A stretch of 64,000 nt of DNA from Eledone cirrhosa. Taxonomy: Eukaryota. The notes below the pieces were generated by a model. That model was not told the origin of the DNA. It did not search any database and saw nothing but the letters and a program-made list of their open reading frames with translations. How positions within the stretch are numbered: position 1 is the first letter of the stretch; every line of letters begins with the position of its first letter. The position numbers and the translations under genes were made by a program. Of this stretch, positions 12,827 through 25,398 are shown one piece after another. The stretch covers positions 61,442,001 to 61,506,000 of the forward strand of contig OZ024741.1 of assembly GCA_964016885.1 (NCBI GenBank), in the 5' to 3' direction.

Positions 12827-14252
12827 ATGTGTGTACAATGTATATAAATTTGTATGTGTGTAATGTTTTTAGTTCAAATGTCTTTCAAGATGCATGCATT
12901 AAGTACACATTTTTTTTATCAGTAAATTTATTTTTGTAAATCACATTCTTCTAAGTCTTCCCCCCCCCCCCCACTCCCCTCCCCCACCACCACGCAACCT
13001 GTAAATTCTACACATTAAAGTTAAAATGGTGGAAAGAAAAAAAGTAAAATGTCGACTCCCTCATTAAGCAAACATTGAGGTGGTTGGCATTAGAGATAAA
13101 ACTCGCTCAGAGAATTCTCCATTCGAATCATTTAAGCATTGTTTCATGTTTTTTACAACAAAATCAACAGCGGTGCAGCTACCACAACTACAACAATGAT
13201 TAAAAACGACAACAGCAGCAACATGGAACAGGTGGAAAAAAATTGCACACAAATTGTCACTTAAGGATAATAATAATAATAATTGTTTCAATAATGTTGC
13301 TACTGTTGATGATAATAATGATACTACTACTACTACTACTACTACCAATAATAATAATAGTAATAATAATAATTTTTATTATTATTATTATTAGTAGTAG
13401 TAGTAGCAAATAATAATAATACAAAGAAGAAGAAGAACAACAACAACATCAGCAAAAACCACAATGACAACAACAACTGAGAGATTGTAGGTTAGTGTAT
13501 AGTATTATTTCCAAACTCTAAATATGGTGAATTAACAGTCTGTGATGATAACAAATGTAGAATTGGGAATTGTTTTTTTACCCTTTCTGCTGATAAAAAT
13601 CAGAAACTTTGGAATATGAGGTGTGCCAAAAATGTATCAGACTATATATTTTCCTGTGGGAAATAATGACATTGTAGAGACAAAAGTGTACAGAGTGGAG
13701 CCACATACATTCGTGTGTATGCATAGCTTTTGGTGAGCTGATGTAAACCTGTAAAATAATTGTTTCTACTTTTGGAACAAGGCTAGCAATTACCCTAGTG
13801 TATTACTGGTACTTTATTTTATCGACCCTGTAAGGATGAAAGGCAATACAAGAATACACACACAGACAGATATGTAAATACACACACTGATAGATGAGTA
13901 AATAAATACACTGTCAAATTTGTAAATATTCATATTGACACATGAATAATTATTTATACACACTAACATATGTTTACTTGTGTAATTAAACACATTGATA
14001 GATCTAAATCTATGTAGAGACATCATGCAGTCTTTTCTGTCAGCAGAGATGTAACTGATGCCTATATAAGATTACCATATATGGTAGTATAAGCAAATTG
14101 GAAATTCCAATTTCCAGAATATTAGTTCTAACACTAGTAATTCATTCTTATCCTCCCTTTTGTTTGTTTATAGACACTGGCATGCATTGGATTGATTGCT
14201 AAGCTATGGTCCATATCAGTTCTTATTTGGAGATATTATACTCTTAGACATG

Positions 14253-14440
14253 GGCGGTGGATTGGCAGTATTGGTAGCGGGTCGGACGCCATGCTTTGAA
14301 GCATAGAGTTACCTCCCTTTATGGTCTGAGTTCAAATGACGCCGAGGTTAACTTTACCTTTCATCCTTACAGAATCGATAAAATAAAGTACCAGTAATAC
14401 ACTGGGATAATTGCTGGCCTTGTGCCAAAAGTAGAAACAA
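14253..14440 (+). mobile_element. (ATT)n-type tRNA SINE with TSD
   Basis: Full body; 18-bp TSD attat(a/t)ctcttagacatg at 14235-14252 and 14440-14457. Confidence 0.92.
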
Positions 14441-15677
14441 TTATTCTCTTAGACATGTCAGGGAGGGCATTGACATAATTTGGCAGGGCTTTTATGGTTG
14501 GATGCCCTTTCTAACATCAACCACTTTACAGACTGTACAGGGTACATTTCATTTTGGTACTAATCAGTTTTCCTTTTAATTTTCCCCCTATTTTCCCTGA
14601 GCAGAATGTTTAATGCTTTCAGTAGAAATATTTTTAATTCAAAGCTACAGAGCAATAATATTTTGATGTGTGATGCAACATTTTAAATTACCTGAGCAAC
14701 ATTTTGATATGTGCAACACCAATACAGCAACTGCACTGACTCACACTTATACAGCTTAGTGGGAACATTGACACCAACACTAGGGAGGTTGCTTCATCCA
14801 CTGCAAAATTAATGAGTCCTCTTTATTGCATGTAGTGTCCATTGTGTGATGAGAAGGAGAAGGGCATGATGACCATGCATGGAACAGAGGAAAGATTATG
14901 AATATAAATGTGATGTGGGGGGGGGGCGTCAGGGTCTTATAGGTTAATAAAAGAATATTATGAAGAAAAAACAATAAAAACAAAAGATAATTTGTAAAAG
15001 CTTGGAGCACTGCATAACAGCATAAGATAGTTTATCACTTGAGACAGAGAAAATAACTTAAAAGTAAATCATCAAGTAGTGAAGACTGCACAGTTCTTAA
15101 AATATACAGAAACACGGTTAATAGTCAGATTGAAGACTGGCAAAGAAATATCAAAACAAACAAACAAGAAATAAACAGAAAAACAAATAAATAGAAATAC
15201 AAAATAAATAGATAAACGAAATTAAAAATAAAAGTTGAGAGTAGAGAAAGTATTGTTAACAAATTGGAGATGAACGTAATGTATAGCTTCAATGTAACAA
15301 TTTAAACAAGAAAAATAAAATGAGATAGAAAAGAAACAACAACAACAGCAATAACAATAATAACAACAATAACAACAAAGACAATATCAATGACAACAAC
15401 ACCAAGAACAACAAAGACAATAACAACTATAATAAAAACAACAATATCATCAATCTAGTTTAAAACAGATGCAGGGCAGGTAATATGTAGTAAATAAAAA
15501 GTTCCACTTCAGAATAGAATGTTTTCAATTTGTGTTGCTCTTAAGATATTAGCTTAGTAGCAAAGTACTGTGTTATAAGAATTGGAGAATGTTGTTGTTG
15601 CTACTGTTATTATTATGCTGTCTACACAACTCTCATCGGACCACATATGATTAGAAAAGAAAAAAACAGGATCATCA

Positions 15678-16055
15678 TTTGGTTAAAGAGTTCACCTCGC
15701 AACCAGCTGATTCTGGATTCAGTCCTGCTGCATGGCACCTTGGACAAGTCTCTTTTCCTAAAGCCTTGGGGGCTAACCAATGAAATTTGGTAGATAGAAA
15801 CTGCAGAAGCCCATTGATAAAATGCTCCCAGTACATGCTGTAAAGTGGTTGGTGTTATGAAGGGATTCCAACCCTAGAAACCATGCTCCCAATACATTCT
15901 GTAAAGTGCTTGGCCTTAAAAATGGCACCCAGTTATAGAAACCAAGCCAAAGCAAAGCATACAAGCAGAACCTAGTCATATAACCAGTCTAGTTTCAGCA
16001 TGTGATAGCTGTCTAATCTATGCAAGCATGGAAAATAGGCTTTAAACAGTGATGT
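15678..16055 (+). mobile_element. CORE-type tRNA SINE followed by RTE 3'UTR-like segment
   Basis: tggttaaag..ggattcagtcc..ccttggacaagtc, then gtggttggtgtta..ggg and an RTE-like terminus. Confidence 0.6.
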
Positions 16056-16076
16056 TTTATATATATATATATATAT

Positions 16077-16374
16077 CACTTTTCCTCTACTATAATCTTC
16101 TTACACCACCACCTTCTTTTCACCCGTCTATTTTTTATTCTTACCCTAGTACCTTCAACATGCCCAATCTCAAATCTTTTCTATCTAAAGACATTTTTTC
16201 TAATTCTGCCCTGCCCTGCCCATCCCTTCAATCTATCTTATTTCTCATTCTTTCTTCTGATGAAGGACTAGCGTTCGAAACGTTAAGACCCTCTTCCTGC
16301 TATATCAAGCGTTAACCTAATATATTCCTTCCATATACTGTACCGATTGTGTTGTTATTTCTATTTACCTTTTG

Positions 16375-16375
<1 letters not shown>
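16077..16375 (+). mobile_element. ~300-bp hammerhead-bearing element in (TA)n (Penelope pLTR/retrozyme-like)
   Basis: (TA)n on both sides; contains the HHR motif at 16253-16288. Confidence 0.7.
16253..16288 (+). ncRNA. Minimal type I hammerhead ribozyme
   Basis: TCTT-CTGATGA-A-GGAC(TAGC)GTTC-GAAA-CG-TT-AAGA: stem I TCTT/AAGA, stem II GGAC/GTTC, palindromic stem III ACGT, GUU site. Confidence 0.8.
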
Positions 16376-16432
<57 letters not shown>

Positions 16433-16627
16433 AGAGAGATGGTTTTATTCGTACATCTTCATTTTATTATCTAGTTCATTATATGTATAACAAACTAGAT
16501 TATACTAAAACTCCGGGTGAGACCTTACGGAGAAAATCCTAAGGAACACAAACTGTGGAGTACTTCTCATCTGTTTCAGAAAAAGTCAGCAGATTTTTTA
16601 TCTACCAACTTTTGTCAACTGAATAAT

Positions 16628-17347
16628 TCATCATTATCATCATCATCATTTTATGTCCGCTTTTCCCTGCTTGGACATCTACTGCATACGCAGTTTTCCC
16701 TACCTGTTAGTTTGTCTGCTATCCCACTACATCTCTTGTGTACATTGCGTACATTTTATGGAATTTATGCCAGTTCCTTTCCTACATATCGAACATGGCC
16801 ATTTCCCCGATGGAATCAGAGTATTGTCCTCTCTTCTACTTATCACCACTTGTGTTTTAGCTATGTTCACTCTCAGGCCTCTTGATTCCAACTGCTGTTT
16901 CATAGCCAGAATTTATTCTCTAGCTCCTCTACTGATTCTGCTATAAGAACCAGATCATCAGCATAGAGAAGTTCCCATGGGCAGCCAGTCTTAAACTCCT
17001 CTGTTATGGCTTGGAAGGCTATAATGAACAAGAGCGGGCTGAGAACCGAACCCTGATGTACACCTACTTGTATCTGGAATTCCTCACTAAACTCCATTCC
17101 TATTCTCACTTTACTGACAGCACCCCTGTACATAGCTTGCACTGTCCTCACAAGCCATTCCTCTACACCTGGTTTCCTTAGGGACCACTAGATGACAGAT
17201 CAGGGTACCCTATCAAAGGCCTTCTCTAGGTCAACAGAAGCTAAGTATAGTGACTTATTCTTCTCTAAAAACTTCTCGTGTAGTTGCCTCACTAAGAAGA
17301 GAGCATCTGTTGTACTTTTCTGAGGCATAAAACCAAACTGCATCTCA
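16628..17347 (-). mobile_element. Internally deleted RTE fragment (RT plus PHD-like finger joined to the 3' tail)
   Basis: EMQFGFMP..DLEKAFD..GVHQGSVLSP..YADD in ORFs 16900..17151 and 17200..17385. Confidence 0.9.
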
Positions 17348-17529
17348 TGGTCAGAATTATGATGATGTAGACAACCAGCGGCCAATCACAGGACACGCGA
17401 AGAGGATGAAGTTTTTGACAGTACTGGCCCAGAGGGTCAAATACCCCAGTGAGAGAATATGCTCCGAAATCATTAGACGTGTCCGTCAAACCTGCGGGTC
17501 CAGAATCAGACAGATCCACACAATGATCA

Positions 17530-17565
17530 CGTCTTGAGCTGCCGCCAGCGAAACAATTGTAACAC
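17530..17565 (+). ncRNA. Degenerate minimal hammerhead ribozyme (2-nt deletion in CUGAUGA)
   Basis: CGT-CTTGA-GCTG(CCGC)CAGC-GAAA-CAATTG-TA-ACAC; palindromic stem III ACAATTGT. Confidence 0.55.
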
Positions 17566-17582
17566 ACAAGCCAAAATCAGTT

Positions 17583-17928
17583 GGAGGCACATGGCTTAGT
17601 GGTTAGAGCATTGGCCTTGCAATCGAAAGGTTGTGAGTTCAATTCTCAGACCGGATGATATGTTGTTTCCTTGAGCAAGACACTTTATTTCACATTGCTC
17701 CAGTTTACTCAGCTGTAGAAATGAGATGATAGGGACTGGGGTCCCTATCATTCCACTGCAAAGTGGTCGTGGAGGTGCCATGGCAAAAAAGCACCCAGAA
17801 CTCACTGTAAATGAGGTTGGTGTTAGGAAGGGCATCCAGCTGTAGAAATCAAGTCAAAGTCAGTTCCCGTCCCACCCTTGCAAGCAGGGAAAAAAAGCGG
17901 ATGTAAAATGAAATGAAATGAAATGAAA
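17583..17928 (+). mobile_element. tRNA-head + CORE-like + RTE-tail SINE
   Basis: tggcttagtggttagagca (A box), gagttcaattc (B box), ccttgagcaagacact..cagctgtagaaatg (CORE-like), RTE 3'UTR, (aaatg)n tail. Confidence 0.92.
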
Positions 17929-18479
17929 TAAATTGAGTTCTGATGCATCACTGATTTTTCGCTTTCTATTATATCATACTCACTCTGCTCTGTAAGAGCA
18001 TAGAGTGCTCAACCGGCATACTGCCTATGGAAGCATCTTAGCTACCATCAGACACACACATATATATAGAGATATATGTTTATGTATGTATGTGTGTGTG
18101 TGCCATTGTGTGTGTGTCTCATAATTTAGCAAGTCAACAAAACAGAGATTGATGAAATAAGTATTGGGGTTAATATGATCAACTAAATTAAGGTGGGGGC
18201 CCAGCATGGCTACAATCTAATGACTGAAAAAAAAAAATAAAAACAGAATCATCACTAGTACAAGAGAGGTTATCATATGCTAAGACAGATTAGGGAGTTC
18301 TCTATACCCTATATTGTCTCCATTTCATTACCAATTTACAATGTAGACTAGGTGTAGTTTTTTGTGGCACTAATACTAGAGAAGACTGTCAGGTACTAAT
18401 ATAAAAAAACCCATAAATTTTTACTTAATTCTATTAAAAGGGACCTTATTTAATAGAACCCCAGTATTTTATTATTATT

Positions 18480-20065
18480 GTTATTGTTCTTTGACTCTCA
18501 GTCATTGATGTTATTTAACTGGAAAGTTTGTTGAAATGGATATCAAGTTGCTACCTGCAGCCTCAGATGTTCAGGACGTATCGGAAGGTTCTTGCTGTTC
18601 CCAGCAAGCATGCCTTTTGAAGTGTTCCAAAAAGCGGGGCTGGACTAATCTTCTTTAACCATCCTTCGAAACTCTTTGAGATAGTACCTAGTGCGCCTAT
18701 GACAATCAGGACGACCTTGATTTCATGGCAGTTCCAAATCCTTTTTACCTCCCACTTTAAGTCCTGGTATCGGTTAATTTTCTCCCTCTCCTTTTCTTGT
18801 ACTCTCGTGTCAAATGGGCAGGCTAGATCTACAATCAGGCACAATCTTTTTTCCTTGTCCAAAACCACCAGGTCAGGCCTATTGTGCTCTAGTTTCTTGT
18901 ACGTCTGTATCCTAAAATCCCATAGCACCTTCACCTGATCGTTTTCTATCACCGACTCTGGCTTATGCTCATACCACTCCTCAGAATTTGGTAAATTGTT
19001 TACTTTGCATAGATGCCAGTGGATCACCCTGCCTATTACATCATGTCTCCAGCCTTTATAGTGAGTCTTGGCTAGGTGTTTACACTCGGATACAATGTGC
19101 GCCACAGTCTCCTCTCTCTCTCCACAGATCCTACACAGTGAGCTAGCCTCCTCCTTGTAAATATGGTGTTTCTCCCACTTCGTTCTGAGGGCTTGCTCTT
19201 GCGCAGCCATTAGCATTCCTTCTGTAGCTTTTTTAAGGTCTCCTCTTTTTTAACCAGTTCCATGTCTGTGGATCTCTAAATTCAGTTTTCTTAAAGAAGG
19301 TACTATGAAGGGCATTTTCATGAAGGTTGTTCTTCCTCCTTGGACTTCCCCTGATCTATTGTCTTCTCCTTCAGTACAATTTTGAGCATTGGCTCTCTAC
19401 TGTCAGTCACGTATTTGTGCAGGTTGTTTTTCTCCATCTGAACACAGTCCTCTATGCTGATAAAACCTCTTCCACCTTTAGATCTCTTTAAGTAGAGTCT
19501 ATCGACATCACTCCTCTTGTGGAACATGTTGTAGATAGTCAATAGCTTCCTAGTCTTCCTATCCATTTATTTTTGTTCAGCAACATTCTATTTCAGAATT
19601 CCCGCACTGTACCTAATAATAGAAACAGCTCGGGAATTTACTGCACTTACGACATTCCTACTATTTAGATGTGATTTTAATACGCTCCTTACTCTCCTAA
19701 TGTACTCAGATCTTATCAATTCCTTCATTTTTTTGTTCTTAGTGTCATCTGCCTCCAGAACACCTAAATATACGTATCCCTCCTCAGTGTCAATTTCCTT
19801 TATCATCTCACCTGTTGGTACCTGGATTCCGTTGCTTCTGCTCTATTTAATCCCTCTTCATCACTAGGACTCCACACTTATTAATACTAAATTCCATACA
19901 TATATCATTGCTGAAAATACGGACAGTGTCAACAAGTACATCCAACTCTTTCTCACTCTTCTCAAAGAGTTTAAGATCATCCATGAAGAGGAGGTGGTTG
20001 GTGGTAAGCTCTCCTTTTCCCAACTTTTATCCTGCTCTCACTTTTTGCCATATAACGGTCAGGGG
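18480..20065 (-). mobile_element. 5'-truncated R4/Dong-type element (RT C-half, CCHC knuckle, RLE nuclease) in (TAA)n
   Basis: ORF 18563..19216: CRICGEREETVAHIVSEC, RHD, NRPDLVV..D..CPFD..EKINRYQDL, IGALG; upstream HLLFMDDLK; (TTA)n flanks. Confidence 0.93.
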
Positions 20066-20407
20066 TATTATTATTATTATTATTATCATCATTATTATTA
20101 TTATTTTACAGAATCCTGGTCAAGAAGTCAGCTGCAGAGGTTAATAGTACTTACTTAACACCCTATTATGAGCTGCATATGACCATGGCCAGGCCCCTAG
20201 ACTTTCAGATATTTTACATCCCCTCTGGCACTGGAACCTTTCAACCCACTTCAGCAAAAAAAAAAACTGAAAAGAAAAAAATGAAGGACCTCTAATCCCT
20301 GCAGAGCACTTAATAATCTTTGTGACTGACAGTCCTGACTCTATTTAAATACATTGTTTTTTTTAATTGCTCTTTATTATCTGTATAAACTATTTTATCT
20401 TCAGTAT

Positions 20408-20756
20408 TTAACCCTTTTGATACTAAAACACCTGAAACCGGCTCTGATTCTATGATACAATAGTATGTTTATATTTATCTAAAAACCTTTCATCATAATA
20501 TTATGTAAGAACCTTTGTTTTGTTAGGATCCAAATCAGCTTAATAATGATTTCTACTATAAGCACAAGACCAGCAATTTGGGAGGTGGGGAAAGTCGATT
20601 AAATTGCCCCAGTGCATTAAGGGTGCTTTATTTTATTGACACCAGCTTAATAATGAGAAGTTAATATTACTAAAACCCTTTAAATCTTTTATTATTTTCA
20701 AAACAATTTGAAAATTATAGGTAGCACCTTTCATTATAAATATAATGAACGGTTAA
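20408..20756. mobile_element. piggyBac-type MITE family 2 with a nested SINE fragment
   Basis: ttaacccttttga...gaacggttaa; minus-strand SINE 3' piece at ~20548-20642 flanked by TSD cagcttaataatga; related copies at ~21990-22211 (-) and 55738-56110. Confidence 0.65.
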
Positions 20757-21049
20757 CTTTTGTATTTTATCATCACAAAGATAAAAATTTACATCACACT
20801 GCTACATATAGTAATACAGACATTGTATTAAATTCTGCTTGAGAAGTTTATGGCAGTTGTACAGCATCCCAAGGCACTGTTGGCAGAGAATAAATTGAAA
20901 ACACTGACACAGCACTCATATCTCTATCAGTCTTCTCAAATTTAAAGATTTCATTGTTATAAGTGATTATCACACATCTTTATTTCAATCATAACAAAAG
21001 CAAACATCTAGAGGACACTAGTACGCACTAAATCTTCTCCTCACCGTCT

Positions 21050-21690
21050 CCCCTCCCCCATCCAGTCACTTCTCACCCTTCACCAGTTGAGTACCCTACT
21101 TTAGACAAACTTGTTCAATGCTGATGACATGACAAAAGAACACCCAGTCTACCCAGTAAGGCAGTCATCCTGGTTACACGACAAATAAGCACCCAGTCTA
21201 CTCTGTTAGGTGGTTGTGTTAGTGACACGACAAAAAGCACCCAGCCAGCCTGTAAGGCAGGTGTGCTACTGACACGACAAAAAGCACCCAGCCTGTAAGG
21301 CAGGTGTGCTATTGACACGACAAAAAGCACCCAGCCAGCCTGTAAGGTGGTTGTGTTGGTGACACGACAAAAAGCACCCAGCCAGCCTGTAAGCTAGTTG
21401 TGTTGGTGACATAACAAAAAGCACCCAGCCAGTCTGTAAGGTGGTTGTGTTGGTGACATGATAAAACATTACCCAGTCCAACCTTTCAGTTGGTCATTTT
21501 GGTGCCATGATAAAGAAAAACACTCAGTCCACATTGTAAATGTGGTTGGCATCCAGCAATAGAAACCAAGCCAGAAACAGTTCTGTATGAGCAAGACATG
21601 GTTACCTGATCTAACTTGTCCCACAGCAGGATAATTTGTCTAATCCATGCTAGTGTGGAAAAATGGATGTTAAACGATGATGATGATGAA
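21050..21690 (+). mobile_element. RTE 3'UTR element with an expanded ~47-bp tandem array (about 9 units)
   Basis: Unit gacacgacaaaaagcacccagccagcctgtaaggtggttgtgttggt, followed by the standard RTE terminus and (gat)n. Confidence 0.85.
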
Positions 21691-22834
21691 GATACAACTA
21701 ATGATGAGGAAGAAATGAAAAGAAGCCTGAATATTAATTGTTATTTCTGTTTTTCAAACCAACATGGGTTCAACAGGTCTTCAAATTTAGATAAATATAC
21801 ATTTATGGGGGAGTAAATTGCACAAGTAACGAAGTTTATAGATAAGTAACAGACAATATGGCTGTTAATATTTTTAACAAGGAAAATTGTGCCACAGTAC
21901 ACTCTCTAAAGTGGTAATGTAGGTACAACAAAAAAATGCACATGTTACACTCTGTAAATTGATTGGTATTGGAAAGGGCATCCATACTTCTAATATTAAA
22001 CACTGCCTATTATTTTGAAAGTCATCAAGAATTTGGATGGATTTACTAAAATAACTTTCTCATTAACAAGCTGGTGTTTAGAACATAACTTGCTAAATGT
22101 TCTTACATAATCATGATGGATGCTTTTTACATAAATATAAACACTTTAAAGAACAGCTTTATATCATAAAATCCAGGCAAGTTTCAGGGTATTTGATATG
22201 AAAAAGGTTAAAGCAGCTCAACCTTTTTGGACATTGGGGATACTGGTAAGACATTACAACAAACTTAATATATCCGGTTTCTCTAAACTTTCCATTATTC
22301 ATGATAGTGCCAAATTCTCATTATATTCCTCACACACACATAGCATGAATATTTACTTTCTAATCAGCTGTCGTAGTTTCTTACATACATTTCATCCCTC
22401 AGGCACTCATTGATTTTTCAGACTAGTTAAAGGACTAGCTGGTTGCTAACTTAAGCAACATTCATTTATTTAACTGATCGCAAAATCCCATACGGTCATT
22501 GTGTAATAGCAGGTAACTTTCCACAATAACAACCCTGGTTATCCCCCCCCCCCTCCCTACCCCTCACATAGCTAAACTAGAGTAACATATGATTGAATAA
22601 TTCTGCTGAAAATATTCATGCACCAATAGATCTAAACTTTTGACATAAGAGCTTATATTCTAATCTTTTTTTTTTTTCTTAACTGCTTAGGCAGGCTGCA
22701 GGGCACTGCCTATAACCATTTTCAAGACCCCTGGAACTGATGAGAAGGAATCAGAAAAGTGTCCTAAAAGCAATCAGAGACCTGATCTGAATGTTTACAA
22801 CAAAGTGAACTCTGTTATAGTCATCCATGGACAA

Positions 22835-23265
22835 GGTGCTGGTGTTAAACCAAGTGGCAGATTAAGTCAACTACTCAACAACAGAATGGGCTCTGCAAAA
22901 GGTACCCAAGGACCAGATGGTGGTTTTAAACCATATAACATATTAAGTCTTCCACCCAACAACAGAATTGACTCTGCTAAAAGTATCCAAAAATAAGGTG
23001 GTGGTGTTAAACCACCTGTTAGCATTTAAACCAGTTGTATCCGGCCAGAATTCTCTCACCTCTTTCTGCTCAAACCAGCTGTAACCTCACTGATGTTAAG
23101 GTATTGTTCTCAAAATAAATAATATCAAAATCTCATAGATTCAATATTATGTGAGATAATTATGTGAAGTAAAGCCTTTACTGTGAAAATATAATAGTAA
23201 ATATAGAGTAAATGCTAAAGGGTTAAATCTACTACCCAACAACAGAGTGGACACTGCTAAAGCAA
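22835..23265. repeat. ~75-80-bp degenerate tandem repeat interrupted by piggyBac MITE family 1
   Basis: ggtgttaaacc..aacaacaga..ctgctaaa repeated three times; MITE at ~23010-23226. Confidence 0.6.
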
Positions 23266-23697
23266 CTAAGGGCAAAACAGCGATGTTGAATAAGGTTATG
23301 GATAAATTCTAGACAAGTTGATGGATTACATCTGCCACCCATGTAGATCATGGTTGAATTTGAACTCAAAACAAAAAGAGTTAGAACAAATATTGCATTC
23401 TAATTATTTTCTCATGGACTAGCACTTTATATAGACACCAGCAATTGACTGGTATTTTATTTTATTGAACACCAATGAAGGGGATATTCTGCAATGCAAG
23501 CTGTATGTTGAATATTAGTAAGTAAAAAATAATGATGATTAAGATATTACAAAATAAGACAGTAAGTAAGAGAAAGATAACATTCCTCATTGAAACTGTA
23601 GTGACACAAAAGAAGTGATGAAAATTTAGTCACAAAATGAAATGAAACAAGAAGCTACTTTTATAAATAATAATGATAATAATAATAATAATAATAA

Positions 23698-23940
23698 TGG
23701 AAATTATTGCGTACACTGCTCAGGTGCACTACAACTCATCAAAGGTGTATCTATAGAACAGAATAATGTACAAATATCAGGAAAGTGAACAGTGTATGAG
23801 TCATGATATACATACAGACACACTACAGACACACACACACACACACATGCGTCCGTGTATATGGAGAGGGAATATCAGGTGTAGTGTTGATGAGTTTCGG
23901 AAAGCACAGAAGTTTTGAAGCATGCAGTGTCCCAACAGAA
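23698..23940 (-). mobile_element. CR1/L2-like LINE 3' end
   Basis: Minus-strand DTACFKTSVLSETHQHYT* followed by a short 3'UTR and (ATT)n; clade assignment is from recalled similarity only. Confidence 0.5.
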
Positions 23941-23989
23941 TGTGTCCTTTCCTGCATGGAAAGAATTCAGGTACTGAATTAGGGAACTA

Positions 23990-24600
23990 GACAAACAGGC
24001 ACTGACAAGGATTATCATAAAAAACCTAGACAAATCAGTGGGCTTGAAACTCACCATGCTGGCCAGCAGAAATCTCTGCCATTGAACTGATGGCCCAGTC
24101 AATGTGCTTGGAGTCTGGTTTAGACTAAACTTCCAGGAAGACAAGAACTGAAAGGATGTCACATACAAGGTAGCTAATCCCACTCATAAATAAAAAGAGA
24201 GAAAGCTATCCCACAAAAGTCTGGCAGAGGTGGCAAAAACCTACATCACTTTGATGGTATACTACAAACCTACTGCAGTACTATGCCCCATAAAACACTT
24301 GACAAGATTGGAAAGCATGTTCTTCTACTTTGTTTGGAAGAGGTGAGTCCTGTTGGTCAGAAAATCCATCTGCTACCAACATCCACTCGATGGTGGCCTC
24401 AGGATGCCATCACTGTTGATACCCAGACATGTTAAAGTACCTTAAGTACTGCAATGACAACAAAAGTGAAGCCCAACCAGTGTAGATGCCTGACATGTGA
24501 CATGTCTTTCTTCAGCTTGTCTCCTTGACTGAGCTATAGTCCTGGGTCATGCACAGACCATGGTTGGGTGATTGATCAATATCAGGAAAACAACACTTGC
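23990..24600 (+). pseudogene. Old Tx1 ORF2 remnant
   Basis: KSVGL..TDGPVNVLGVWF..ERKLS..VRKSICYQHPLDGGL matches 29200-29750. Confidence 0.85.
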
Positions 24601-24754
24601 ACGGGAGTGGCACTGGGCATTGAAAATCTAAACAGGCTCTTCTGGAGGACTTTCAGGTCATGGATTATAGTCCAATACTGGTGTCAGTGTAAGCAACTTT
24701 ATCTGTATCCTCCCCAAAACTTCTGGTCTTGTGGTTGCATTAGAAACCATTATT

Positions 24755-24935
24755 GTGGATTGGCAGTATCGGTAGAGGGTCGGACGCCATGCTTTGATGC
24801 ATAGAGTTACGGCCCTTTCCATTCTGAGTTGAAATCCCGCCGAGGTTAACTTTGCCTTTCATCCTTACGGGGTCGATAAAATAAAGTACCAGTCATGTAC
24901 TGGTAATTGATGGCCTTGTGCCAAAAGTAGAAACA
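24755..24935 (+). mobile_element. (ATT)n-type tRNA SINE immediately upstream of the Tx1 element
   Basis: Full SINE body ending gtagaaacaattattatt. Confidence 0.92.
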
Positions 24936-25398
24936 ATTATTATTATTATTATTGGCAACTGACGTAGGAAATAGGTTTGTTGTTTTCAGTTGTTTCAAAT
25001 TGCTATTTATGGAAAATTTTTGTTGTTAAGTGTTTATAAGGTCACATAATTTGCTTTCGGAAAAGGACACTCAAAAAGATTGGGGCTTTGAGCCCAAAAT
25101 TTAAACTTTTATAATTATCAAACAAAAAATTAGTTTGAAAATAACATGGACGACTCACAGCTACACCAAGCTGACAGCCTTCCTCACAAACTAACACCTC
25201 ACACCAACACCACCATTGTAAATATTACTACGTTTGCCAACACTAAATATATAAGCAGTAGCAATAATTTAAATTTGTCTCATGCAGACATTCATTTCCC
25301 GCCATTACCAATGACTGCAGGTGTTGAAGCCGCCACCCCTACCACCACCACAGCGATAACAGAAACGAAAAAAAAAAAAATTATCTCGTCACATCGAA

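Noticed and set aside
17583-17660. tRNA gene
   Set aside because: It is a tRNA-derived SINE head with A/B boxes and continues into the SINE body.
21120-21545. CRISPR-like regularly spaced repeats
   Set aside because: No unique spacers and no cas genes; the units derive from the RTE 3'UTR in a eukaryotic context.
22733-22765. CTGATGA..GAAA..GTC spacing
   Set aside because: Stem I and stem II do not pair convincingly.
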